A stretch of 64,000 nucleotides of DNA from an uncultured Desulfobacteraceae bacterium (GCA_913060875.1 CAJXSL010000021.1:15017-79016); one strand, 5' to 3'. Counted from the stretch's first letter, positions 27,760 to 37,126 are shown. Program-made: numbers and translations. Notes: generated by a model not told the origin, from the letters alone.

Positions 27760-28666
27760 AACGTCTTCCGTAATCAATCCCAAATAGGGCGGCCGCATTA
27801 TCGCCCAAAATCTTCCGGAGCGATTCGGCATCCAACCCCATCTTTTCCATTCGACGCAACTCCCGGTCCCAGGCATAGGGAATATTCGGAAAATCCGTCC
27901 CGTAAAGGATCCGTTCCGTTCGCATGCCGGCAATGTCTGGAGGGCTTGCCATTGGCAAATAGTCTGCCAACACCATGGTGGTATCCAGCCACAGGTGGTC
28001 AAACCGCTCCAAAAGCCTCTGGTAGGCATCGAATTCGTCCGCCCCGAGATGCGGGACCACCAGTTTCAAGGCGGGATAGGCTTGCAGCACTTTTTCGACA
28101 TTGGTCCAGTGGCAGATCGTGTAGGGGTCGCAGGGATAAGCCGGGCTCTTGGGCTCGCGGCCTGCATGAATCACCAGCGGCCGGTCGTGATCGCAGCAGG
28201 CTGTGTAGACCGCGTGCATCCCGGGGCTGTCCATGGTGAAACACTGCACATGACTGTGCAGTTTAACCCCTTTAAGCCCATTTTTAAACGCCTTTGCCAG
28301 AATGCCCTCCGCATCCTCCTCTCCGGGGAAAACCGTGGCCAGACCGGTTACCGCCTGGTTTTTCCGCACGAGATCGGTCATATAGCGGTTCAGTTCGTCC
28401 GCCACGCCCGGTTTGTGGGCGTATTGGAGGGCAACAATATGGCTAATCCCTTTCTCGAGCAGGAAATCAATCAGATCGTCCGTATAGAGTCGGTAACGTA
28501 TCGGCCAACCGAACTGATCGAACCATCCCCAGACCGCATCGAAAAGCGCATCCGGAAAAATATGGACGTGGGCGTCCACCACCGGCGGCAAGTTATCGGG
28601 CACGCGTTCTCCTTCCGGGTCATCCAGGGCGGGCAGCGGCAGCGTGATGTTCTTCGTCGGTTCCAT
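27749..28666 (-). CDS. amidohydrolase-2 (TIM-barrel metal-dependent hydrolase) family protein
   Basis: It has VVDAHVHIFPD.., ..KLHSHVQCF.. and ..YGTDFPNIPY. ATG 28666 has RBS aggaga. Confidence 0.75.
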   Translation of the reverse strand: MEPTKNITLPLPALDDPEGERVPDNLPPVVDAHVHIFPDALFDAVWGWFDQFGWPIRYRLYTDDLIDFLLEKGISHIVALQYAHKPGVADELNRYMTDLVRKNQAVTGLATVFPGEEDAEGILAKAFKNGLKGVKLHSHVQCFTMDSPGMHAVYTACCDHDRPLVIHAGREPKSPAYPCDPYTICHWTNVEKVLQAYPALKLVVPHLGADEFDAYQRLLERFDHLWLDTTMVLADYLPMASPPDIAGMRTERILYGTDFPNIPYAWDRELRRMEKMGLDAESLRKILGDNAAALFGIDYGRRYGE

Positions 28667-28796
28667 AGTGTATGCTTCTCCTGAATTTATGATCGCGTTT
28701 TCGATTTTTTGGTTTTGGTTTTCCCTTTGTCCCGCGCCGAGCATCGGCGGGGCGGACGGAAAAAAGTGCTCGGACTGTCTGAGTCCCGCTGAAAAT

Positions 28797-28830
28797 TGAT
28801 TCCTTTTCTTTTCCGGAAAAGAAAAGGAAT
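28797..28830. repeat. AT-rich perfect palindrome ttccttttctttt-ccgg-aaaagaaaaggaa (copy 1 of 2)
   Basis: 13-bp perfect stem with a CCGG loop. A near-identical copy lies at 37078-37111. Confidence 0.8.
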
Positions 28831-28941
28831 AATGAAATTAAATCACTCCGGACCGATCGAACTTTGCCGAATTTTCAATTAAAGGTAAAAATGCGAAGCA
28901 TTCTTCATTTCCAATTAAGCCCTTCAGTATATCATCTTGCT

Positions 28942-29841
28942 TCACGCCACCTTTTTCAGGCGATGCCGCACCCAGGCCAGACCGGCGCGCCCTTTCATGT
29001 TGTACAACGGCAACGCCAGGGGCAGCACGGGAAGCAGGGCGGGTACGAGATAGCAAATCCGGCTCAATATCTCGAAAAGCGCCGGCATGTCATCGGCAAT
29101 GAAATGCACGGCATCCCCTTGGCATTGCACCCGCCAGCGACGCGCAATCTTTTTCGCCATTGCCGGGCCATCCCGGAACACCACTTTTACGTCCAGGGGA
29201 CCGCGGCCTTCCAGCGGTCGGGTGTGGCAATTGGTCAGGGCGGCCACCGCCGTTTGGGCCAGACGGCGCCTCCAGGCGGCAGGGTCGAAGCCATCCGGCC
29301 CCCCCGCCTTGTCGATCTCAAAAGTAGTGATCCCCGGCACCTCTTGCCGGGCCTGCCGGCAGGCGTCCGGACAGCCGGAGAAGAAAACCGGTCGGATACC
29401 GTAAGGAGCCAGCAGGGAGGCAAACAAGGCAACCTCCGGCACCAGTCGTCCGTTTACCTGCACTTCAGCCAGCCGCGAGGTCATGGTGTGCGGCAAAAAC
29501 CCCGAGGTACCAGAGGCGGCATGCAACCCCAGAAACATCACGGTATCAGTTCGGCCGGGATCGCCCATTCCCGGAATGGGCCCCAGGGCGTAGCCACTGT
29601 TGACCCGGGCCCGCGGATCGATATGCTCGGGCAATAAATTGTAGCCCGTACGGTGAAAGTCCTTGATGATGACTTCTTCGGCTCCGGCATCAAAGAGACC
29701 TTGCACCACAGCCTGGACATCCAAAGTCATGGCTTCACAGGCCTGCACCCACTCGCGCGTGAAGAAAAGCGAGGCCGCATAGTTCCAGCACCCCGAACTC
29801 CCTTCGATATCGGCGATAATCAGGACGCGTCGGCTCAGCAC
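28942..29841 (-). CDS. M55 family D-aminopeptidase (DppA-like)
   Basis: It has VLIIADIEGSSGC.. and ..FLGLHAASGT..LPHTM.., as in Peptidase_M55. 299 aa. Confidence 0.75.
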   Translation of the reverse strand: MLSRRVLIIADIEGSSGCWNYAASLFFTREWVQACEAMTLDVQAVVQGLFDAGAEEVIIKDFHRTGYNLLPEHIDPRARVNSGYALGPIPGMGDPGRTDTVMFLGLHAASGTSGFLPHTMTSRLAEVQVNGRLVPEVALFASLLAPYGIRPVFFSGCPDACRQARQEVPGITTFEIDKAGGPDGFDPAAWRRRLAQTAVAALTNCHTRPLEGRGPLDVKVVFRDGPAMAKKIARRWRVQCQGDAVHFIADDMPALFEILSRICYLVPALLPVLPLALPLYNMKGRAGLAWVRHRLKKVA

Positions 29842-30878
29842 GACGACAATACCTTTTTGAGGGCAGCGATGAACCCGTGAATATCCTCTTCCGTCGTGTC
29901 AAACGATGTCATCCACCGGACTTCCGAGGTCGCCTCATTCCAGACGTAGAACGGGCAGATCGCCTGGAGTGGAGCGATAATCTCCGGGGAAACGCGGGCG
30001 AAAACACCGTTGGACGCTACTTCCCGGTCGATGTGAATTTCCGGTAGCGCCTGCAGTTCCCTGGCCAAGAGCGTCGCCATCCGGTTGGCCTGTTCGGCAC
30101 AGTGCCGCCAGAGGTCGTTGGTAAGCAGGGCCTCGAACTGGGCGGCGATGAAGCGCATCTTGCTGGCCAGTTGCATGCCCTGCTTGCGGCGGTATTTGAA
30201 ATTCCGGGCAAGATCGGTACTGAAAAAGACGATGGCCTCGCCCACCATCATCCCGTTTTTGGTACCGCCAAAAGAAAGGATATCCACTCCGGCTTCGGTG
30301 GTCAGACGCCGAAGATTCATATCCAGATGGACCGCGGCATTGGCCAGGCGGGCGCCGTCCATGTGCAGCACCATTTTATGCGCATGGGCCAGATCAGCGA
30401 TCGCCCGGATCTCCTCCGGTCGATAGACGGTCCCCAACTCGGTGGCCTGGGTTATGGACACCACCCCCGGCTGAGCATGGTGTTCGAACCCGAAACCGTG
30501 CAGATGTTGCCGGATGCCGTCACAGGTCAACTTGCCGTCGGGCGAAGCCACGGTCAGCAATTTGCAGCCCGTGTGGCGCTCTGGCGCGCCGCACTCATCC
30601 ACATGAATGTGGGCGGTATCCGCACAAATTACAGAATTGTAGGGCTCGGCGGCGGCCTGCAGGGACAGGACATTGGCGGCCGTGCCCAGGAACACGAAAT
30701 AGACCTCGATATTTTCACCGAAATGTTCCCGGAAACGCGCCACCGCCGATGCGGTATAAGGATCGTCTCCATAGGCAACGGCATGCCCCCGATTGGCCGC
30801 TGCCATGGCCGCCATGATATCCGGATGAATGCCGGCATGGTTGTCGCTTGCGAGTCCTCGCCAAGTACCTTCAGCCAT
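29835..30878 (-). CDS. low-specificity threonine aldolase (PLP-dependent beta-eliminating lyase family)
   Basis: It has ASDNHAGIHPDIM..YGDDPYT..FLGTAANVLS..FGGTKNGMMVGEAIVFF. ATG 30878 has RBS ggaga. Confidence 0.8.
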   Translation of the reverse strand: MAEGTWRGLASDNHAGIHPDIMAAMAAANRGHAVAYGDDPYTASAVARFREHFGENIEVYFVFLGTAANVLSLQAAAEPYNSVICADTAHIHVDECGAPERHTGCKLLTVASPDGKLTCDGIRQHLHGFGFEHHAQPGVVSITQATELGTVYRPEEIRAIADLAHAHKMVLHMDGARLANAAVHLDMNLRRLTTEAGVDILSFGGTKNGMMVGEAIVFFSTDLARNFKYRRKQGMQLASKMRFIAAQFEALLTNDLWRHCAEQANRMATLLARELQALPEIHIDREVASNGVFARVSPEIIAPLQAICPFYVWNEATSEVRWMTSFDTTEEDIHGFIAALKKVLSSC

Positions 30879-31078
30879 ATGTGTTTCTCCGTTTGTGATA
30901 AATTGCTTGCCCCGTCGAATGGTCGGTTGGATTTCCCATAAGCCGGAAAACAGATTTAGCCCATTCATCCCTTAGGGGCAACCCCCGGGAAGGATTACAC
31001 CCCATGCTGCAAAAGTCTCACAGGATTCGCATCCTGTGCCCAAACGCAATGGCTTTTTCAGAAACTTGGAAGTGTCCG

Positions 31079-32332
31079 TCAGGCATTCTTGAGGGTGTCG
31101 CACTGGCTGCGAATAGCTTCGATCCGCTGGAGAACCGGCGGATGGGAATAGTTCAGGAAAACGTAAAAGGGATGGGGGGAAAGATTGGACAAATGATGGA
31201 CGGATAATTTCTGCAGGGCCAGGGCCAGGGCTTCACCCTGACAGGTGGTTTCCACCGCAAAACGATCGGCGGCATACTCGTTGCGGCGCGACAGGCTCAT
31301 CCACACCAGTCCGGTGAAAAAATCCACGGGCGCATACAGCAGTCCAAAGAAAACCAGGCCGGCGTAGACCGACGGCTGGGGCATATAAAAGGCCTCGAAA
31401 AGCGGGGGATATCCAATGCACAGGGACAGCAGGTAAAACATGATACCGGCCTGCAGGATGCCGGTGAAAAGCCCCACGATGACGTGGTGCTTTTTGTAGT
31501 GCCCCATTTCATGGGCCAGGATGGCCACCAGTTCACCCTGTTCATGCTGCTGGACCAGGGTGTCGAAAAGCACAATGCGCTTGTTACGGCCAAACCCGGT
31601 GAAAAAGGCATTGCCCTTTCCGGACCGCTTGGATCCATCCATGACGAAAACGTTCGCCAGCGGGAAATCGATCGAACGGGCGTAGTCCAGGATGGCCTTG
31701 GCCAGGTTTTTGTCCGTCAGGGGTTCGAAGCGGTTGAAGAGCGGCATGATCCAGGTCGGGGCGACATACTGCATTACCAGCATGTAGGCGACCACCACGG
31801 CCCAGGAATAAAGCCACGCCAAGGAGCCGGCTTCACGAAAAAAAAACAGGATGCCAGCCAGAAGGGGCGCGCCCAGAACCATGCCCAGGATAGCGCCCTT
31901 GATGCGATCGAGAATAAACGTCGGCCATGTCGTCCGATTGAAACCGAAATTTTCCTCGATCACAAAGGTGCTGTAGATGCTGAAGGGCAGCGAGAGGACC
32001 GCGCGCAGGACCACCAGGAGACCGATAAAGAAAAGGCCGGTCAGAAGCGGGCCCTGCCCCCAGGAGCGCACCCAGGCATCCAGGGCGGGGAATCCGCCGG
32101 CCAGCCAGAAAATAACGACCGCCGCCAATTGGATGCCCTCCGCCAGCCACCCGAACCGTGTATTGACGGCGAGATAATCCTTTGACCGCTGGTAATCCCC
32201 ATTTTCATAGAGGGAACGAAAACTATCGGGCGGCGTGGCGGGCTGCGCCTTTAAATTGAGCCGATCAGCCTGCCAGTGCAGCCAGAAATCCAGGAGAAGT
32301 GCGGCGAGTATGATCCAGGCGATAAGATTCAT
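31079..32332 (-). CDS. M48 family zinc metalloprotease (Ste24/CAAX-protease-like)
   Basis: 417 aa, multi-TM. HEMGHYKKHH (HExxH) and ..NEYAADRFA.. Confidence 0.85.
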   Translation of the reverse strand: MNLIAWIILAALLLDFWLHWQADRLNLKAQPATPPDSFRSLYENGDYQRSKDYLAVNTRFGWLAEGIQLAAVVIFWLAGGFPALDAWVRSWGQGPLLTGLFFIGLLVVLRAVLSLPFSIYSTFVIEENFGFNRTTWPTFILDRIKGAILGMVLGAPLLAGILFFFREAGSLAWLYSWAVVVAYMLVMQYVAPTWIMPLFNRFEPLTDKNLAKAILDYARSIDFPLANVFVMDGSKRSGKGNAFFTGFGRNKRIVLFDTLVQQHEQGELVAILAHEMGHYKKHHVIVGLFTGILQAGIMFYLLSLCIGYPPLFEAFYMPQPSVYAGLVFFGLLYAPVDFFTGLVWMSLSRRNEYAADRFAVETTCQGEALALALQKLSVHHLSNLSPHPFYVFLNYSHPPVLQRIEAIRSQCDTLKNA

Positions 32333-32557
32333 GGGTGATGGCCTTTTTTAATTTTTTTGGATTGAGCGCTGCCCTTGCCGAACGGTTTCAAGCATCAAAA
32401 AGGGCGACCCGGCAGGCCGCCCTTTGAGACGAGGAGATTGAGACCAACATCAATGGCCTCATGCTGATTTTACAACCCCTCCGGACAGTGTCAAGGGGAT
32501 TCCCCCTTCCCGCTGTCGGCTGTCCGTCATCACCCTCGACGCGATTCCAGTTATGAT

Positions 32558-32840
32558 GTCATTCCGGCGGAAGAGCCTGTGTCGCAATACTCAGATTTTC
32601 AGGCCGCGGATAATCGAGCATCAGGGCGGCAGGCAAAAGGCAGACGGCCGTGGCGGAGCAGTATCGGTGTCGGGATCGGGATCGTCCGGAATTTCCTGTT
32701 TTATTCTTGCAAAGATTCATCGGAACGACCGATTTCCATGCTTTAACCCTATCCGACCCCCTTTCGAACCCGATTCCGATACCGACCCCGACGCCGAGAG
32801 TCGTGGTTATTGCGACACAGCTTCGGAAGCCGGAATTTAT
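32558..32840. repeat. about 280-bp element bounded by about 33-bp imperfect inverted repeats
   Basis: The left end is gtcattccggcggaagagcctgtgtcgcaatac (32558-32590). The right end is ttattgcgacacagcttcggaagccggaatttat (32807-32840). There is also an internal inverted pair gtatcggtgtcgggatcgggatcg / cgattccgataccgaccccgac. A related half-site lies at 42581-42616. Confidence 0.65.
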
Positions 32841-32930
32841 CGATATGTAGAAGAAATCATTATTTCGAGGATATAAAGCGAGCGAGAACGCCGCCATGGC
32901 CGAAAGATGCCGTTTATGGCTGGGCACGGA

Positions 32931-35102
32931 CTAACCCTCCAGATTGGCCCGGATGTCGGCCAGGAAGTTGCCGATCACCCGATACACCTGCTCGCTGCCC
33001 GGGCCCAGGAGAATGCCGTGACGATCGAGATTGAACAGGATGTACTTCTTTTCCCGTGAGCCCAGCCGATCGAAAATATGGCGGGATCCCCGGGGATCCA
33101 CCACCGGGTCGGCCACGGACTGGACCACGACGGCCGGCACCTGCACATCTTTAAGGCAGTCCCCCACGCGATCCATCAGCCGCTCCAGTTCCCGAATGCC
33201 GGCAATGGGGTTGCGGTGGTAGTTGATGTGAGGGTTTTCCGGATGATTTTCGATGAATTCCTTGCGGGCCCCGTTGGTGCCGATGCGTTGCATCAGGCGA
33301 TTCCACATATCGACGGCCGGAACGAAGCGTGCTGAAAAATCCTGCAGCCGCATGGGCGGACTGACGGCAAAAACGCCTTTGATGGCTTCGATGCGTGCGG
33401 CCGTCTCCAGAGCTAAACCGGCACCATTGCTGAAGCCGCCCACCACCACATGGCGGCAATGACAGGCCATCAGGGCATAGGCCTCCTCCACACTGTCAAT
33501 CCAATCCCGGTAGGTCTGGCGGGCCAGGTCCTCCGGTGCCGTACCGTGCCCCTTCACCCGGGGGGCATAGACCCAATAGCCCTGCCGGTTGAGATAATCC
33601 GCCAGGCCGCGGACTTCTTCGGGTGCCGCCATGTAGCCATGCGCCACGACGACGCCAAGTTGCCGAGAGCGTCCTTTAAGAAAAATCGGGCGGCCGATGC
33701 CGCGGGGTTTGGACTCGTTTTCGATAAAAAAGGCCTCGTAGTCCTTTTCAAATTCCGCGAGGGCCTTCCGGCGCAGGTGCCGGGCGAGCCGATAGCGGGT
33801 CCAGGCCGCCGGCTGCCAGGCAATGCGGCGCACACAGCGCTGGAGTTCCTTGAGCGGCTCCACCTCGTTGGAGATAACGCGTAACGGATTTTCGATGCGC
33901 ACCCGATGGAATTCGAAGGGATGGGTCAGCCGGGAAGGATTCTTGAACAGCGCATCATCCGACCCTTCCAGCACTTCGGTCTGCCGCGCCAGCGAAATGA
34001 ACTCCCGGAACTTGCCAAAACGGTCGTCCGTAAGCAGGGGCAGTTGGCTTTCGCTAAGGCTGCGATGGTAATGGGTCGGGTTTTGGGCCACGCATTGATT
34101 GGCCGCCAGGTAGACTTTGCGACGGAGGTCGTCCGGCTGCACGCTGCGATAGGGAATTTGCCGCAGCATGGAAGCAAACAGGTGGTCGTGATTGATGGTG
34201 GTCATGCGGTAGATTTCATCCATATACCGCTGCATGATGCTTAGCGCTTCCCGCCGCATCTGCTTGCGAGACGCCAGCGTATCGTCAAAATTGATAACCT
34301 GGCGGCTGCTGATATCACGTTCGATTTTGGGGCAGGTCAGACATTCGCCGATGGGGATGGGGTGTCCGAAACGCATGTCGATATCCACACCGGACAAGAA
34401 CATGGTGCCTTCCGCCATCAACTCTTCCACGAGACGTTCGGAGAGGTTCTCATTGAATTTGCGGGCCAGATCGCTCAAGGCGTTTTGCTGGGCGCGAATC
34501 GGATAGTAGGTCAGGTTGACGGGCACGATATAGGTATGCCGGGACAGGAGCGGCGCCTCATTGTCGATTTTGAATTCCGACAGGAGGCGCCGGGCTTCCG
34601 GAGGGGACTCCTGCAGCAGCCGATGGATGCGCTGGCGGTAGAATTCGGTGCGCAGGGCCAGGGTGGCGGCACCGGTATGCGGCGGATGTTTGCCGCCGGC
34701 ATAGGAGATCATGTAGCGGCCCTTTTCCACGATCTTCTTGTTCTTGACCATGCGGCCTTCGGGGTAAATCACCCAGGCCGCCTCGCCGGTGAGCAGGGAT
34801 CGCACGATCAGACGATCCCGGTCGGGATCACGTGTGGAAACCGCGCCGACCGTGTCGAGATAGCTGCCTAAAGCCCCTTGGAACAATTCGTAGTCGGCCA
34901 GGGACCACACCGGCAGTCCCGTCAATTGATTGAGCCAATAGGGCAGCAACAGGGTTTCGATACGGGTGAAATGATTGATGACGAACAGGAGCGATCCATC
35001 CCGGGGGATGGTTTCGCTGTTATGGGTCGTGACCCGGGCTTTTGAAAACCATGAAAAAGCCTTGAGAGCCAAACCGGTTGTGCGATAGGCGAATCGGTTC
35101 AT
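32931..35102 (-). CDS. fusion protein: PlsC-type acyltransferase domain + alpha/beta hydrolase domain
   Basis: 723 aa. The N-terminal part has NHFTRIETLL (HX4-type acyltransferase block) and YPEGR. The C-terminal part has VVAHGY.., the GGFSNGAG nucleophile elbow and ..VQSVADPVV. Confidence 0.75.
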   Translation of the reverse strand: MNRFAYRTTGLALKAFSWFSKARVTTHNSETIPRDGSLLFVINHFTRIETLLLPYWLNQLTGLPVWSLADYELFQGALGSYLDTVGAVSTRDPDRDRLIVRSLLTGEAAWVIYPEGRMVKNKKIVEKGRYMISYAGGKHPPHTGAATLALRTEFYRQRIHRLLQESPPEARRLLSEFKIDNEAPLLSRHTYIVPVNLTYYPIRAQQNALSDLARKFNENLSERLVEELMAEGTMFLSGVDIDMRFGHPIPIGECLTCPKIERDISSRQVINFDDTLASRKQMRREALSIMQRYMDEIYRMTTINHDHLFASMLRQIPYRSVQPDDLRRKVYLAANQCVAQNPTHYHRSLSESQLPLLTDDRFGKFREFISLARQTEVLEGSDDALFKNPSRLTHPFEFHRVRIENPLRVISNEVEPLKELQRCVRRIAWQPAAWTRYRLARHLRRKALAEFEKDYEAFFIENESKPRGIGRPIFLKGRSRQLGVVVAHGYMAAPEEVRGLADYLNRQGYWVYAPRVKGHGTAPEDLARQTYRDWIDSVEEAYALMACHCRHVVVGGFSNGAGLALETAARIEAIKGVFAVSPPMRLQDFSARFVPAVDMWNRLMQRIGTNGARKEFIENHPENPHINYHRNPIAGIRELERLMDRVGDCLKDVQVPAVVVQSVADPVVDPRGSRHIFDRLGSREKKYILFNLDRHGILLGPGSEQVYRVIGNFLADIRANLEG

Positions 35103-35215
35103 GGGATGTTTATCGGCCCGTCAGCCTGCCGACCTGAATAATGAAAGTTGCGGTCAAGATGGCTTACAACACGTTGTGACCGGCGCTTTTCAGAAAGAAC
35201 CGCATCAATATTTTT

Positions 35216-35340
35216 CCCCTGCGGACGAGCCCGAGATTCTTATTGGCCGCGTTATCGGGCGCTTGCGGTCGCAGGCGTACAGCGGCGCCCCTGATGCCCT
35301 GTCAATGAACATCGCGAACACGTGAAATATCCGGGATAGG
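35216..35340 (+). repeat. about 125-nt dispersed repeat, copy 1
   Basis: cccctgcggacgagcccgagattcttattggccgcgttatcgggcgcttgcggtcgcaggcgtacagcggcgcccctgatgccctgtcaatgaacatcgcgaacacgtgaaatatccggg aligns in the same orientation with 42406-42532. The two copies do not share a conserved reading frame. Confidence 0.75.
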
Positions 35341-35592
35341 GTATTTATAGAAAAATCCGCCGCCTGAATCAACCATCTTCCCTTATCCGACCCCTTTCGG
35401 GGTGGTCCGGCCGTCGCCATTTTTGCCCGTCGCCCGCAATCGTTCGTCGTGACACTAAGGGGTAGCGGGGGCTTCCGTCCACATCACCAAACCGGCTTCG
35501 AGCTGTCCCGCCCGTCCCAGGCACTGACCGCAAGTTGACAGCAAGATAAATTGTCGTTAATGTGGCGTTTTTTAAAGTATCGGGAGGACGGC

Positions 35593-36024
35593 GTGTATTC
35601 CAAAATATTGATCCTGCGGTTTTCACAAAAAGTGGCCCAGAAACCCATCGTCTGCAACCTGACCAAGCGATTCGACCTGACCTTCAACATTCTGAACGCC
35701 ACCATCCTGCCCCGCAAGGAGGGGATCCTGGTTCTCGAACTGTCCGGTGAGCGGAAAATGTTCCGGGAGGGGGTCAAGTACCTCAAAGCTCAGGGGGTCC
35801 AGGTTCAAAACGCCGATCAGGAAATCAAGCGGGAAAAAACCAAATGCACCCACTGCGGGGCCTGCACGGCCGTATGCCCCACCGGGGCCTTGTTCCTCCA
35901 GCGTCCGGAAATGACCGTGGAATTCGACCAACGTAAATGCAGCCTGTGCGAACTGTGTATTCCCGCCTGCCCATCGCGCGCCATGTCGGTCCGTCCCAGT
36001 AACCAAAAATTCTTCGACGGATGA
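35593..36024 (+). CDS. NIL-domain / 4Fe-4S ferredoxin-domain protein
   Basis: YSKILILRFSQKVAQKPIVCNLTKRFDLTFNILNATI.. is NIL-like. It has two CxxCxxCxxxCP-type motifs (CTHCGACTAVCP, CSLCELCIPACP). GTG 35593 has RBS gggagg. The ORF is open from 35551. Confidence 0.8.
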   Translation: MYSKILILRFSQKVAQKPIVCNLTKRFDLTFNILNATILPRKEGILVLELSGERKMFREGVKYLKAQGVQVQNADQEIKREKTKCTHCGACTAVCPTGALFLQRPEMTVEFDQRKCSLCELCIPACPSRAMSVRPSNQKFFDG

Positions 36025-37073
36025 CAGTCATTGCCGTTGCCATCAGCGGCGGCGTAGACTCCCTGGTCGCCGCTTTTCTATTGAAACAGCAGGGTCACGA
36101 CATTGTCGGACTCCATTTCCGCACCGGATACGAGCAACCATCAGGTCGGCATGGATCTCCGGCCTCCCCGGCCCACGACATGGCCGAGATAAGCCGGCAA
36201 CTCGATATCCCGGTGGATATCCTTGATATATCGGAAACCTTTCGCCGGACTGTGGTGGCCTATTTCACGTCGACCTATCAGGATGGCCGTACACCCAATC
36301 CCTGCCTTTTTTGCAATCCGACCATCAAGTTCGGTCATATCCTCTCCCTGGCGCGCGAGCGGGGGGCGGAGGCCCTGGCCACCGGTCACTATGCCCGGTT
36401 GCAAACCGGCCCGGATGGTCGACGCCATCTCCACCGCGGGGTTGATCCCGGCAAGGATCAATCCTATTTTCTGGCTCGCCTGAATCAGGAGCAACTGCAA
36501 CAGGCCCTTTTTCCCCTTGGGGATCTGACCAAAGACGAGGTGCGCGCCATCGCCCGCCGTCATCACCTGGTTCCGGCAATGGGCCAGGAAAGCCAGGATA
36601 TCTGTTTTATCAAGGACACCCCCTATCACCTCTTTTTGCAGCAACAGGAGGGATTCCGCCCCCAAGAGGGCCTTATCGAGAATACCCAGGGACGCGTGCT
36701 GGGCCGCCATAAGGGACTGCACCTGTTTACCGTCGGCCAGCGCCGCGGCATCAACTGTCCGGCCCCGGAGCCCTACTATGTGGTCCGCCTGGACCATGCG
36801 CGCAACCGCCTGGTTGTCGGGAAACGCACCGACCTGGCCGGGGATACCGCCACGGTGGCGGATATCAACTGGATCCATCGTCCAGAACGGTTTCCCGCCC
36901 GGGTGACCGCCCAGATTCGCTACCGGCATAAGGCCGCTCCGGCAGTGGTGACGGAAACGGCACCGGCAGAAGCGCTGCTGCGGTTCGAAAGCCCCCAGGA
37001 CGCCATCACCCCGGGACAGGGCGCCGTCTTCTTCGATAAAGATGAAGTCCTGGGCGGCGGCTGGATCTTATAA
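36021..37073 (+). CDS. mnmA: tRNA 2-thiouridine(34) synthase
   Basis: PP-loop AISGGVDS. TPNPCLFCNPTIKF (Cys-x-x-Cys variant). QESQDICF. The start overlaps the upstream stop (ATGA). Confidence 0.9.
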   Translation: MTVIAVAISGGVDSLVAAFLLKQQGHDIVGLHFRTGYEQPSGRHGSPASPAHDMAEISRQLDIPVDILDISETFRRTVVAYFTSTYQDGRTPNPCLFCNPTIKFGHILSLARERGAEALATGHYARLQTGPDGRRHLHRGVDPGKDQSYFLARLNQEQLQQALFPLGDLTKDEVRAIARRHHLVPAMGQESQDICFIKDTPYHLFLQQQEGFRPQEGLIENTQGRVLGRHKGLHLFTVGQRRGINCPAPEPYYVVRLDHARNRLVVGKRTDLAGDTATVADINWIHRPERFPARVTAQIRYRHKAAPAVVTETAPAEALLRFESPQDAITPGQGAVFFDKDEVLGGGWIL

Positions 37074-37077
37074 TTTT

Positions 37078-37111
37078 TGATTCCTTTTCTTTTCCGGAAA
37101 AAAAGGAATCA
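37078..37111. repeat. AT-rich palindrome gattccttttcttttccggaaaaaaaggaatc (copy 2 of 2)
   Basis: Near-identical to 28797-28830. It lies just after the mnmA stop. Confidence 0.75.
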
Positions 37112-37126
37112 GCATAGACCATTACA

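Noticed and set aside
27760-28029. 90-codon N-terminal extension of the PAS-LuxR ORF (ORF track 26458-28029)
   Set aside because: The extension (MPTRGFWSGLTTCGW..) overlaps the 3' part of the amidohydrolase gene in another frame and has Trp/Cys/Gly-rich nonsense composition. ATG 27759 (MANDAEH..) gives a sensible start with an 11-nt overlap.
32553-32927. ORFs 32553-32876 (+), 32559-32927 (-), 42262-42618 (-) and 35205-35420 (-)
   Set aside because: They lie in repeat-derived intergenic DNA. The copies are conserved at nucleotide level but not in frame. N-termini such as MMSFRRKSLCRN and MTSFWRKRLCRN are the same repeat read in frame.
35340-35592. Possible riboswitch or leader upstream of the NIL-ferredoxin/mnmA operon
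   Set aside because: I could not match the region to any riboswitch consensus I know (SAM, cobalamin, c-di-GMP, glycine). Part of it belongs to the dispersed-repeat family instead.
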